64,000 bases of DNA, from positions 1 through 64,000 of the forward strand of contig CAZALK010000003.1 of NCBI GenBank assembly GCA_964486045.1. The letters run 5' to 3'. The stretch's first letter is position 1. Each line of letters opens with the position of its first letter. The translations under genes and the position numbers were made by a program. Source of the DNA: an uncultured archaeon. GTDB lineage: Archaea; Asgardarchaeota; Lokiarchaeia; Sigyniarchaeales; SOKP01. Under the pieces are notes generated by a model. The model did not search any database, was not told the origin of the DNA, and saw only the letters and a list, made by a program, of their open reading frames with translations. Positions 50,372 to 59,145 of the stretch are shown here, one piece after another.

Positions 50372-51106
50372 ATGGAATATATTTCAGATTCTTTTGAAAA
50401 AGCTAAGAAGTCGGAAAGTGTAGAAATAATCAACGATTTTCTAATAAAATTAGGGAAAAATCCTAAACCAGATTACTTAGAATTTATAAAATATTTTATT
50501 AATGAAACAGAAGAAGATATACATGAGAAGATAAAGTTAAATTTAGTATATGCTTTGGGGGAAATTGGTAGCTTAACAAAGATCACTGATAATTACTTAC
50601 AAAAATTAATAAATATTTATTATACATCTGATCGGTGGGTTAGAAATGAAATAATTCAGGCGATTAAAAAAATCTCCAAGAAATCAAAACTAAATGAAAG
50701 TATCATTGGCCTACTAGGAATTGCATTAAATGATGATTATCTTCCCATAAAATTGAGCGCTTTGGAGGTTTTAAGAAATTTTAAGATCTTCCCTAATTCT
50801 ATTTTAAGGAATTTTTTTCAAGTCTTAAACTCAAAGGAATCAGAAATCTTAGATTTATGCAGAAGATTACTGAAAAGTGTTTCATTAGAAACTCAAAGTA
50901 TATTTGAATCGCTAAATTCTTCTGACAATTATAAGATTCTTAAAACTCGAGCAATTAGATCTCTACTATTAATAAACTTTGAGTCAATATTCAATTTGGA
51001 ATCGTTTAGAGAGAAAATTTTCAATTCTGGGTGGGATAATAGCTTTAAAGAGAACTATTTAACACAAATAGACACATTTCAGAGAATCCTCCTAAAAACT
51101 CTGTGA
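50372..51106 (+). CDS. HEAT-repeat protein
   Basis: LVYALGEIG, DRWVRNEIIQAI, DDYLPIKLSALEVL. Confidence 0.8.
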   Translation: MEYISDSFEKAKKSESVEIINDFLIKLGKNPKPDYLEFIKYFINETEEDIHEKIKLNLVYALGEIGSLTKITDNYLQKLINIYYTSDRWVRNEIIQAIKKISKKSKLNESIIGLLGIALNDDYLPIKLSALEVLRNFKIFPNSILRNFFQVLNSKESEILDLCRRLLKSVSLETQSIFESLNSSDNYKILKTRAIRSLLLINFESIFNLESFREKIFNSGWDNSFKENYLTQIDTFQRILLKTL

Positions 51107-51121
51107 ATTATATCATAATTA

Positions 51122-52384
51122 TCATTGATAATTTTCAAGTGTATCTTCTAATTTTTCATTTGATACTATGATTTCATTAAAAATCTTAATCAGATATTTT
51201 ATCACTTCTCGTGGATTACCCCTTGCTTCTCTAAAAATATATTTTAAAACATTCTCATTTAAAGGGAAGAAAGAATTTGAGAAAAATTTAGGATATTCAT
51301 GGTAATTAACATTCGCAAAAAATATTTCTAAATTTTCTTTATAAAATTGAAACAAATCTTCTTCTATGAAATCTGACATGACTAGCGGTTTTTTCAGCAT
51401 AATAAGTAGTTTCCTATTCTTTTCCCCAATCTTCTTTTTTAATTCTTCAATAGCTTCAATGGATTTGAAAGTGATAATTATTTTTAAACCTCTTATTTTG
51501 TGTAACTCAAGGATTTTATCTAGAATTTTCTCTGCAGAGTATTTTTCTGGAACTTGCTTAATTCCAAACCATCTAGGATCAAAGACCTCCTCAATATCTT
51601 CAGTTAGTTCAACACTCTCATACATTGGCTTTTGAATTGGAAGAACTTTTTCAAAATCATCTAAAAATAACAAACTTTTCTTGTGTGAATTCTCAATAAA
51701 TACTCTTAACATTGTGAATGCGTGACTTCTTTTTCTAAGATCATGTTTTATATTCAATCTAGAAAGGTCTTTAACATCCATCAACTCACCAATAAGCCAT
51801 TGTTCCGCTTTAAATTTCTTGTAAGGCTCTAATTGATGAGCTGTAATTGCTGTAATCACATCTTTTAAGGCATCTTTATCCTCATATCTCCGGGACCATT
51901 TTTTAAATGCAGATTCCTTCGTTTTCTCTAAATTTGATATTTGAAAAAACCCAAATTTTCGCTCTTGTGGCCCCCATTTATTACATAATTGTTTTGTCAT
52001 ATTTCTTAATGGTTCCATCCTGTCCTCTGAATCAATCTTATCATACGATACGGCCATACTTTCGATGAATTCTGAGTAAGTTCTAAAATAAAATTTCTTA
52101 TAAACAGTTTCTAAAGAAATATAAACCGTATTGTAATCATATAATATGTTCTTTAGTGCCCAATATAAGTGTGTTTTTCCTTGACCCACTTCCCCTATTA
52201 TCGGTAAAATAAAGTTTTCATTCCCTTTAACGATAGTAACAATATTCCGTAAAAAATCTTTCCTTGATTGAACTAATCCAATATCTTCCCTAATTTCCCC
52301 TGTACTTACGAACTTTTTAAACGGGGATCCAATAAATTTCAGTGTATTAATTAATTTCTGTTCTTTGTTTTCAAGTAGAAGCAT
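51122..52384 (-). CDS. P-loop (AAA-like) ATPase
   Basis: Walker A GEVGQGKT, Walker B LLFLDDFE, FFPL and RGNPREVI. Confidence 0.85.
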   Translation of the reverse strand: MLLLENKEQKLINTLKFIGSPFKKFVSTGEIREDIGLVQSRKDFLRNIVTIVKGNENFILPIIGEVGQGKTHLYWALKNILYDYNTVYISLETVYKKFYFRTYSEFIESMAVSYDKIDSEDRMEPLRNMTKQLCNKWGPQERKFGFFQISNLEKTKESAFKKWSRRYEDKDALKDVITAITAHQLEPYKKFKAEQWLIGELMDVKDLSRLNIKHDLRKRSHAFTMLRVFIENSHKKSLLFLDDFEKVLPIQKPMYESVELTEDIEEVFDPRWFGIKQVPEKYSAEKILDKILELHKIRGLKIIITFKSIEAIEELKKKIGEKNRKLLIMLKKPLVMSDFIEEDLFQFYKENLEIFFANVNYHEYPKFFSNSFFPLNENVLKYIFREARGNPREVIKYLIKIFNEIIVSNEKLEDTLENYQ

Positions 52385-52403
52385 ATTTATGATTATGGTG
52401 TGT

Positions 52404-53024
52404 TTATTGATTCAATTCTTCAGTTCCTAATATAATAATGAATAAAACATTCTTATCATCAACGTTGACAAAAAATTCATAACTAACTTTAACTTCATCA
52501 TCAGTATCTCTACCAACGATTATACAATCATAAAAAACTGGGTTACCCTTCTCATTAATCACAACGCGATCAGACATTATAATTCCCTTTTCGATTAATG
52601 AAACTGGATTTTTCAAGATCTCGTCTTTAAAAAAATCTAAATGATCAATTTCTCCTCTATTATTATTAAGATATAATCCTGCCGTGTGACATAAACTGAT
52701 TGAAAAGGGAAATGGAAATTGCTCTTTATTGTACTGCTCCATTATGGATTCTGATATTAGAACAGCGTATTCCAAAGGAGTTTCCTCAAGATTTTTCCAT
52801 GAGAAGTCAGATTTTTTAGAAAAAGCAGTTAATTTGCTATCCCTATCTTTGAACCCTACAATTAAACCTTGAGATATTGATATTTCTTCAGAATTTGATA
52901 TTGATAGATTATCGGAAAAGATAATTTTATCTTGACACTTAGAGATGATTGAACCCGTAAAATCTCCATTGTTTATTCTATTTTTTAACGCGTCGTATAA
53001 TACAAAATCAGTCGATTCATCCAT
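52404..53024 (-). CDS. Hypothetical protein
   Basis: 206-aa ORF co-oriented with the ATPase (19-nt gap). Confidence 0.7.
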   Translation of the reverse strand: MDESTDFVLYDALKNRINNGDFTGSIISKCQDKIIFSDNLSISNSEEISISQGLIVGFKDRDSKLTAFSKKSDFSWKNLEETPLEYAVLISESIMEQYNKEQFPFPFSISLCHTAGLYLNNNRGEIDHLDFFKDEILKNPVSLIEKGIIMSDRVVINEKGNPVFYDCIIVGRDTDDEVKVSYEFFVNVDDKNVLFIIILGTEELNQ

Positions 53025-53285
53025 TTTAAATATTTTATCTTTACTTTTTTATGACTTTTTTAATGAGCTTTTCCATGTAATATCATTAATCTTATATATA
53101 AATATTATATATAAAAATATTTGAGATTTGTGAGTTTATTCGGTTAAAATTGAAATTTTTAATTCCTTAAATGTTGAATCGATTTTGAAGTCCTTAATTA
53201 AGTGAAACGATTCAATTAAATTTTTTGTTCCTGGAAAAGCTTACACAGATCAAATATCTGATATCGGATTTCCTACGGTAAAGTA

Positions 53286-53558
53286 GTGTACATTCTACGC
53301 TTTGCTGAAGTGTCATATATAATGCCTCACTACAAGAGTGTCGCGAATAGCGAACAACCTGCTCAATGGATTATTGGAGTAGTTGATTATAATCAGATTG
53401 TCTCACCCTTTAATGGATATATCGAACTTAAAAATTATTTTGATAAAACAATTGGGAAGAGAGATATCAAGGATATAAAAGATGTATTAACAGGTGAAAG
53501 CATCTTCTCTGAAATGGTCTTCGTTGATAGTTCCCCAACTGCCTTAATGGAGTCATAA
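53286..53558 (+). pseudogene. Probable gene fragment of unknown family
   Basis: 90-codon GTG ORF inside a shard-rich zone. Confidence 0.35.
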
Positions 53559-53569
53559 TTTTGAATATT

Positions 53570-53695
53570 ATGAAATACAAGTTTATCTTTCCGGCTATTG
53601 GAGCTGCGGTAGTATTATTAGGGTTATTTTTCCCCTCAGGAACTTTAATCTTATTTCCATCAATATATAATAGATCTTCGGCCATCTCTAATTGA
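53570..53695 (+). pseudogene. N-terminal fragment of a membrane protein
   Basis: MKYKFIFPAIGAAVVLLGLFFPSG... ends after 41 aa. Confidence 0.45.
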
Positions 53696-53828
53696 TCGAA
53701 AACATTTGTTTGTAAAAACTTCCAATCACTCGCAGGAATGGAAAATCTTTTTTTTACTTTTTTTCAAAGATATCTTCGAAATCTCCTAAAGATTCATTAT
53801 TTTTTATCAATCGTATCACATCTGACCA

Positions 53829-54183
53829 TCAAGATCCATATATAGACTCCCACGCTTCCAAGATATCAGGCTCAATAGGAAGATGATTCAATGAAAGACT
53901 TGAAAGGTTTGAAAAATTCTTAAAAGATTGGGGGAAGTTTAGTTATCAAATTATTATCTAAATTTAGAGAATAAAGTGCGTTTAAATTTCCAAATAGCTT
54001 TGGTAGTGATTTTATCTTATTGTTAGAAAGTTTTAGAGATTTAAGTGCAGTCAATTTACAAATTGAATCAGGAAGGGATGTTAAATTATTATGATCTAAA
54101 TGAAGTCCTTCAAGTTTAGTGAGATTTCCTATTGATGATGGGAGAGCATTCAATTCATTAAAGCTTAATGATAAATACTCCCA
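53829..54183 (-). pseudogene. Leucine-rich repeat gene remnant, 5'-truncated and frameshifted
   Basis: LxxLxLxxNxLxxLP repeats. Removing one base from the G5 run at 53930-53934 restores LPQSFKNFSNLSSLSLNHLPI. Confidence 0.75.
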
Positions 54184-54218
54184 GATTAAAAAAAAAATGT
54201 TTAGAATTGAAAAAGAAA

Positions 54219-54539
54219 CTACTCAGGTGTGGGTAACCCTGCAAGTGCTGTTGCTTCTGGGAATGTAGCCCAAACTCTAATTTCGTATTCATATCCCTCG
54301 ATTTCTATATATTCATACAGTTGGGTACTAAATTGAGTATATGCTGCTTCAAATTGTCCTTCTTTTACTCTATAGATTGACATAACAGTTATTCCGTTCG
54401 GTCCAGTAGAAACCGGTTGGGCTATCAATTCTCCTAAAGATTCATCCGGGGGATATTTAGGGAGCACTTCGAGGTATTTTTTGATAACATCATTCTGTTT
54501 GTGACTAGGGTAACTAGATGTTGCGATAATAAATGGCAT
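54219..54539 (-). CDS. Small alpha/beta protein, paralogous to 43658..43966
   Basis: MPFIIATSSYPSHK...KYPPDESL...IEGYEYEI, with an upstream GGAG. Confidence 0.8.
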   Translation of the reverse strand: MPFIIATSSYPSHKQNDVIKKYLEVLPKYPPDESLGELIAQPVSTGPNGITVMSIYRVKEGQFEAAYTQFSTQLYEYIEIEGYEYEIRVWATFPEATALAGLPTPE

Positions 54540-54689
54540 TATTTTTCTCCTTTCTTTTTGTTTACTTCTTTTTGAGAAGTGTCGGAATTTAAAACCATTT
54601 AATGATATATAAATCTTTATATTTTTGTAGTTGAAGTCAAAACCATATTATATTTGAATTTTCTGGGAAAAAGGAAACTTTAGGATGCT

Positions 54690-55241
54690 TTAAACTTTAT
54701 TGAGTAAATCTTCTACTGACAACAGAACTCGACGCTGATGAGGTTTTCGGATACTGATTTCTCGACAAAGTTTGGTAGTAAGTGCTTTAATTTTATTAGA
54801 ACGTTTCCGATAATCATCATCAGAAAGTTCAATATAGTGTAAACAATCATAAAAGCAATAATCGACACATGCAGGAGTTCCTCCGCATAAATCACATTTT
54901 ATCGCTTTTTGTTTCTTTAAATATTCCATAGCTCCAAACGGACAAGCAACTACACATTGATGACACCCTGTACATTTTTCTCTATCTACTTTAACAAGGT
55001 TTTCTCCTTTAGATGTTTCAGTTTTATAAATTGCCTCAGCTGAGCACGCTTTCATACACATCGGATCTTCACATTGCACACAAACCACGGGTCTAGACCA
55101 CCCCCCCAAACCATCAGTCACAACCTTAATACGAGATTGTGAGGGGATAAACACTCCTTCTTTAGCATTAGAGCATGCTAGTTCACATAAGTGACATCCA
55201 GTACAATTGTCTGATTGAATTGCTAAAACTTTTTTACTCAT
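54690..55241 (-). CDS. 4Fe-4S polyferredoxin subunit (AOR/DmsB-associated type)
   Basis: CTGCHLCELAC, CVQCEDPMC..AC, CTGCHQCVVACP, KCDLC...PACV..C. Confidence 0.92.
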   Translation of the reverse strand: MSKKVLAIQSDNCTGCHLCELACSNAKEGVFIPSQSRIKVVTDGLGGWSRPVVCVQCEDPMCMKACSAEAIYKTETSKGENLVKVDREKCTGCHQCVVACPFGAMEYLKKQKAIKCDLCGGTPACVDYCFYDCLHYIELSDDDYRKRSNKIKALTTKLCREISIRKPHQRRVLLSVEDLLNKV

Positions 55242-55254
55242 AATTAAACCTTTT

Positions 55255-55341
55255 TCATCCTCCTGGTATAAAAGGAGTCATTAATAGTTTATCACCATCC
55301 TTCAATGCAGTTTGAAATTGATCTTCTAGTGAAAGTATGTT
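55255..55341 (-). pseudogene. C-terminal remnant of a MoaD/ThiS (SAMP-like) protein
   Basis: NILSLEDQFQTALKDGDKLLMTPFIPGG*, immediately upstream of the 4Fe-4S gene. Confidence 0.7.
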
Positions 55342-55590
55342 ACGTCTTCGTCTTGAACTGAATATATCTTTTTCATTTATCCCATCGATTTGAGCAAGTT
55401 CACTTCTTATGTCGTCGATCATTAATTTTAACCGTGATAAAGTCACAGACTTCCCATCTAACTCTACTTGTATGCTCATATTGGTTTTCAAAACTTTTTC
55501 CCTTAAGTTACTAATCGTATCTGAGATTTCACTGATTTCACTTGATATCTTTTCAAAATCTACAAAATTGGTTTCTTTCGCATTTTGCTC
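55342..55590 (-). pseudogene. Internal fragment of a DIP1984/septicolysin-like coiled-coil protein, fused in frame to the MoaD tail
   Basis: L.EKVLKTN...V..DG..VTL..L....D..RSEL. The family call is from memory. Confidence 0.45.
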
Positions 55591-55627
55591 CTTAAAACTT
55601 TTTATAAAAAATAAAAATAAAAAAAAA

Positions 55628-56152
55628 TTAATTAAATGTTTGGACAAATAAAGAAAAATCCATGATTGAATCTGCTGTGCTGTCCCCTCTAAAAACAATT
55701 GCAATAGAATGATTTCCTGAAGTCATTGTAGTGTTGTAATGTTGTAGAGACACAGACATTCGTAAACTTCCTGGTGTAACTGTATTATCTCTCCTTACAA
55801 AAATAATTGAAGAATACCAGATAATGCCATTTACCTTAAGTCTAACCTCGACATAACTACTTGGAGTCGAACTGTGGTCAAAATTAATTTCACCAATTAA
55901 TAAAAAATGTACTGATTGTCCTGAACTAACATCGAAATCAATTTTAATAGTAGGTAGAGTATTCCATGCATTACCGGACAGAACATAGTATACACTGCTA
56001 GCAGTATCGTACCATTTATTTTCAGGAGGAGTATCAGGCATTGTTGGAGGAATTAAAATAAAATTATCATATATAACAAAAGATCCTACTCCAAGTCCTA
56101 TGATTAAAGCTATAGTTGCTAAAATACTACTACTTTTTCCCATAAACATCAA
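55628..56152 (-). CDS. N-terminally anchored secreted beta-sandwich protein
   Basis: N-terminal TM helix, Pro linker and a beta-rich domain. Confidence 0.75.
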   Translation of the reverse strand: MMFMGKSSSILATIALIIGLGVGSFVIYDNFILIPPTMPDTPPENKWYDTASSVYYVLSGNAWNTLPTIKIDFDVSSGQSVHFLLIGEINFDHSSTPSSYVEVRLKVNGIIWYSSIIFVRRDNTVTPGSLRMSVSLQHYNTTMTSGNHSIAIVFRGDSTADSIMDFSLFVQTFN

Positions 56153-56295
56153 CTTTTTTTGATAGAATAAATCCTCGTAATTAGATAGATATCAAAATTA
56201 TATAAAAGCTTCTAGGCACCCCTTTTAATAAAGTTCTCGTACGGAATTGACGCATCTAGAAAAATATTTAACTTTTAACGTATTTATGATAGCTT

Positions 56296-56424
56296 ATGGC
56301 TAAAAAGAAAAAAGAAGCTCCTTTAACCGGAATTACGGTATCTAGAGAAGAAGATTTTTCCGGTTGGTATACAGAACTAATAAATAAGGCGGAGAAAACT
56401 TCAAATCTACCATCAAATGATTGA
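56296..56424 (+). pseudogene. proS: 5' fragment of prolyl-tRNA synthetase
   Basis: MAKKKKEAPLTGITVSREEDFSGWYTELINKAE matches the archaeal/eukaryotic ProRS N-terminus (EDFSxWY...KAE). The sequence becomes unrelated after 33 codons. Confidence 0.7.
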
Positions 56425-56574
56425 TAAACGAGTGATTCTGAAATTAATTCATTGAGAATATTTCGACGAGGATACCGAAGTTTATTTCGAATGTCTTCTC
56501 CATAAAGTATTGAAGTAAACATCCGGTAGTTATTCCTTTATTTCCGAATAATTAAATTTCTATGACTCAACATT

Positions 56575-57065
56575 TTATTTTTGCATTCTAGAGTCCCAAC
56601 CGAGGATAATGTTCCTCCCAAATTTATTCTTTAATATTTTAAGTGATGAAGGGATGTCGACTATTCTGTTTTTTTTAACCTGCATCATTTCCAAATTTTG
56701 TAACTTTTCAATTGTTGGTGGGATTGTTGTCAATTTATTATTTCTTATCCAAAAATCCTTAATTGATTTTAATTTGTCTATATTATCAGGAAGTGATGTT
56801 ATCTGATTATTTGATGTATGTAACCATAAGAGTGATTCTAACGAAAGGATTGGGAGTGGAAATTCAGTAAACTGATTATACTCTAAAGATAATTCTTTCA
56901 AACAATGTAAGAAACCTAAATTTCGGGGTAAATCACTGAGGTTGTTATGATCTAAATTTATATATTCTAGTGATAAAATTTCTGATAATACTTCAGGGAT
57001 TGAGAGTAGATTATTATGTGAAAGATCTAATCTTTTCAAATGATCTAATGATGTTAATTTTGCTA
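56575..57065 (-). pseudogene. Leucine-rich repeat protein, 3' part only
   Basis: About six 23-aa LRRs. The frame extends upstream (AKLTSLDHLKRLDLSHNN) and breaks at about 57065. Confidence 0.75.
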
Positions 57066-57100
57066 GCGGGTTTGTCGCACTCCAGTGATTTTCCCAAGAT

Positions 57101-59041
57101 GTGAAGATACAAAAGAAGATTACTCATAATATTGTTTCCGAGCAATTACCAAGTGATTATTATCTAAATGATGTTATTGCTGATAGTACTGATGCTTTAA
57201 TAAATGAAGGAATAGGAGATGCCATTGAGTGGGCTCAAGTTAGTTCGTTACCGAACAATCAAAGGAATTCAATAAATGAAGGTTTAATAAAGAAAACTTC
57301 TAAATGGGCTAAGGTTGCAAAAGTTGTAGGATTTTCCGGCCTGGCAGTTGCGGGGTTAGGGGTTACTGGGGGATTGGCTTCCGTATTTGGATTTTTGGGA
57401 GGGATTTCAGGCATTTTTGCTACAACTATTATGGGAACGACTGCCATGGTAAGAAATATTAATTCCTTCATAACTCCAGATTTATCATTTAGGAAATCTG
57501 TAAGAAAAACTAAAGCAATCTCCTTTATTTTGAAAAAAGGTTCAAAAGATAATATGATCGGGATTTACAGAGATAGAAGTGAAGTTCTTATTCATATTGC
57601 TAATAGACAAGAAAAATATATCAACCCCACTAATATAGATGATAAGATCAATAGCGGAGAATATAATGCTATTCAGCCTTATGAAAGTCGCCTTACTATA
57701 ATGACTCATTCCCATCATGAACTAATGAAAATCCATAATAAAAAATCTAGACAGTATAAAAATCGAGGTCTCTTTGGTGTTGTCTATTTAATTATTGACT
57801 GGGAAACCGGAAAACTAAAGGTTGGAAGGACTGAGACTTCATTAGGTACCAGAAAGTCGCAATATATCTCAGCAGCAATAAAACAGCTTAACAAAAAAGA
57901 TCCTATAACAGAAAGAATAAGGGAGTTAATAGCGATTAGAGGGAAGAAACTTGTGAGAAAAACCCTTGAGTGGATTCCAATTGAAGTAGTTTTAAGAACG
58001 GGAAGTTCTGATGGACATATCGCTCATGACCGAAAGCTTATTGAAAATTTAGAGCAATTATGGCAAAACAAATTAGACACTTCAGATCCTCGATATGGAT
58101 ATGACCAGACTTCTGGAGCTGCTGGTCCTCATGCCAGAAAAGCGAGTTACCCTCCCACTGCTGTTGAGATCACGTTACCGAGAGTATTTATTAATCCTCA
58201 CGAACTTCAAATACTTTTGGAGAAAGTATGTGATTTTAATCAAATGCTTACTGTTCTCTCTATTAAGAAAAATTATCTCGGAATTAATTCTAGAGATATC
58301 TATGAAAATATTAAATATCATTGGCCGTTCTTAGCAAGAGGATTAGACACCTTCACTCCCCAAAATAAGCTCCCAGTTTTATTAAAGAATGCAAGATATT
58401 ATTTCATAGCTCAAATAGTTAGTAATTATGTTGAAAATGGCTATGATGTTCTATCCGAAATTGCATTAACATTTCAATCTAAAGAGAATCCTTCTGGTGT
58501 ATCTAGGGAGACAATATCACGAGCTATTAAGCAAGAATTTGGGACTAATTCTTGGGCGGGTTTTCTCTCATTACATGGAACAAAGTTAACACCACAATCT
58601 ATAAAGCATCTTGACATCAGAGAATTTATAAATGTTGGCGGTAAGTCATTAGAAGATCACATAAAATTCACTTTATCTACTTTCATTATTAAAGGGCTAA
58701 GTGAAGCAGAAATTGTAGTTGAATTAAGAACACATAATTTTCATATCAGTTCTCTACCAGGTTTACAAAGGTATATCTACAAATTCTGGGGAAATTTGGC
58801 AAATGCAAGGAAAGTGTTGGTGGCTCCAATCTTGGCTTTAAGTTTTAAACTGGGCCATGATTCGACTCAGATAAGACGGGAGATGCCATTCTTTCAGAGA
58901 AGGGGTCCAGGGCTTAGCGCAGGAGATGTAGTACGAGCTTATTGCAAGCAGTGGTTTACCATAAATCCCACTCAAGCTAGGAGTATTCTGAGACTCAGAT
59001 CTTTAAGTGAATTTTTGAATCAAAATCTAAATGATCAGTAA
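57101..59041 (+). CDS. GIY-YIG nuclease with a Gly-rich hydrophobic N-terminal segment and C-terminal HTH-like repeats (possibly 5'-truncated)
   Basis: GVVYLI.D..TGKLKVGRT...R...Y...IEV...LEQLW......GYD at 57776-58105. Hydrophobic VVGFSGLAVAGLGVTGGLASVFGFLGGISGIF lies upstream of it. Confidence 0.8.
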   Translation: MKIQKKITHNIVSEQLPSDYYLNDVIADSTDALINEGIGDAIEWAQVSSLPNNQRNSINEGLIKKTSKWAKVAKVVGFSGLAVAGLGVTGGLASVFGFLGGISGIFATTIMGTTAMVRNINSFITPDLSFRKSVRKTKAISFILKKGSKDNMIGIYRDRSEVLIHIANRQEKYINPTNIDDKINSGEYNAIQPYESRLTIMTHSHHELMKIHNKKSRQYKNRGLFGVVYLIIDWETGKLKVGRTETSLGTRKSQYISAAIKQLNKKDPITERIRELIAIRGKKLVRKTLEWIPIEVVLRTGSSDGHIAHDRKLIENLEQLWQNKLDTSDPRYGYDQTSGAAGPHARKASYPPTAVEITLPRVFINPHELQILLEKVCDFNQMLTVLSIKKNYLGINSRDIYENIKYHWPFLARGLDTFTPQNKLPVLLKNARYYFIAQIVSNYVENGYDVLSEIALTFQSKENPSGVSRETISRAIKQEFGTNSWAGFLSLHGTKLTPQSIKHLDIREFINVGGKSLEDHIKFTLSTFIIKGLSEAEIVVELRTHNFHISSLPGLQRYIYKFWGNLANARKVLVAPILALSFKLGHDSTQIRREMPFFQRRGPGLSAGDVVRAYCKQWFTINPTQARSILRLRSLSEFLNQNLNDQ

Positions 59042-59145
59042 TTTACACCACCTTTAAAGTTTAAATACTTTAGTTTTTTTATTTATCAAGAAGATCGTAA
59101 TATTTAATATGTTTTATTATAGCAAAATAAAATAAGGTAATCTAG

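Noticed and set aside
53467-53685. 72-aa minus-strand ORF
   Set aside because: It is antisense to a more plausible plus-strand signal/TM fragment (53570-53695).
56268-56522. 84-aa minus-strand ORF as a real gene
   Set aside because: Its 3' half is the antisense of the proS fragment, so it is at best a chimeric shard.
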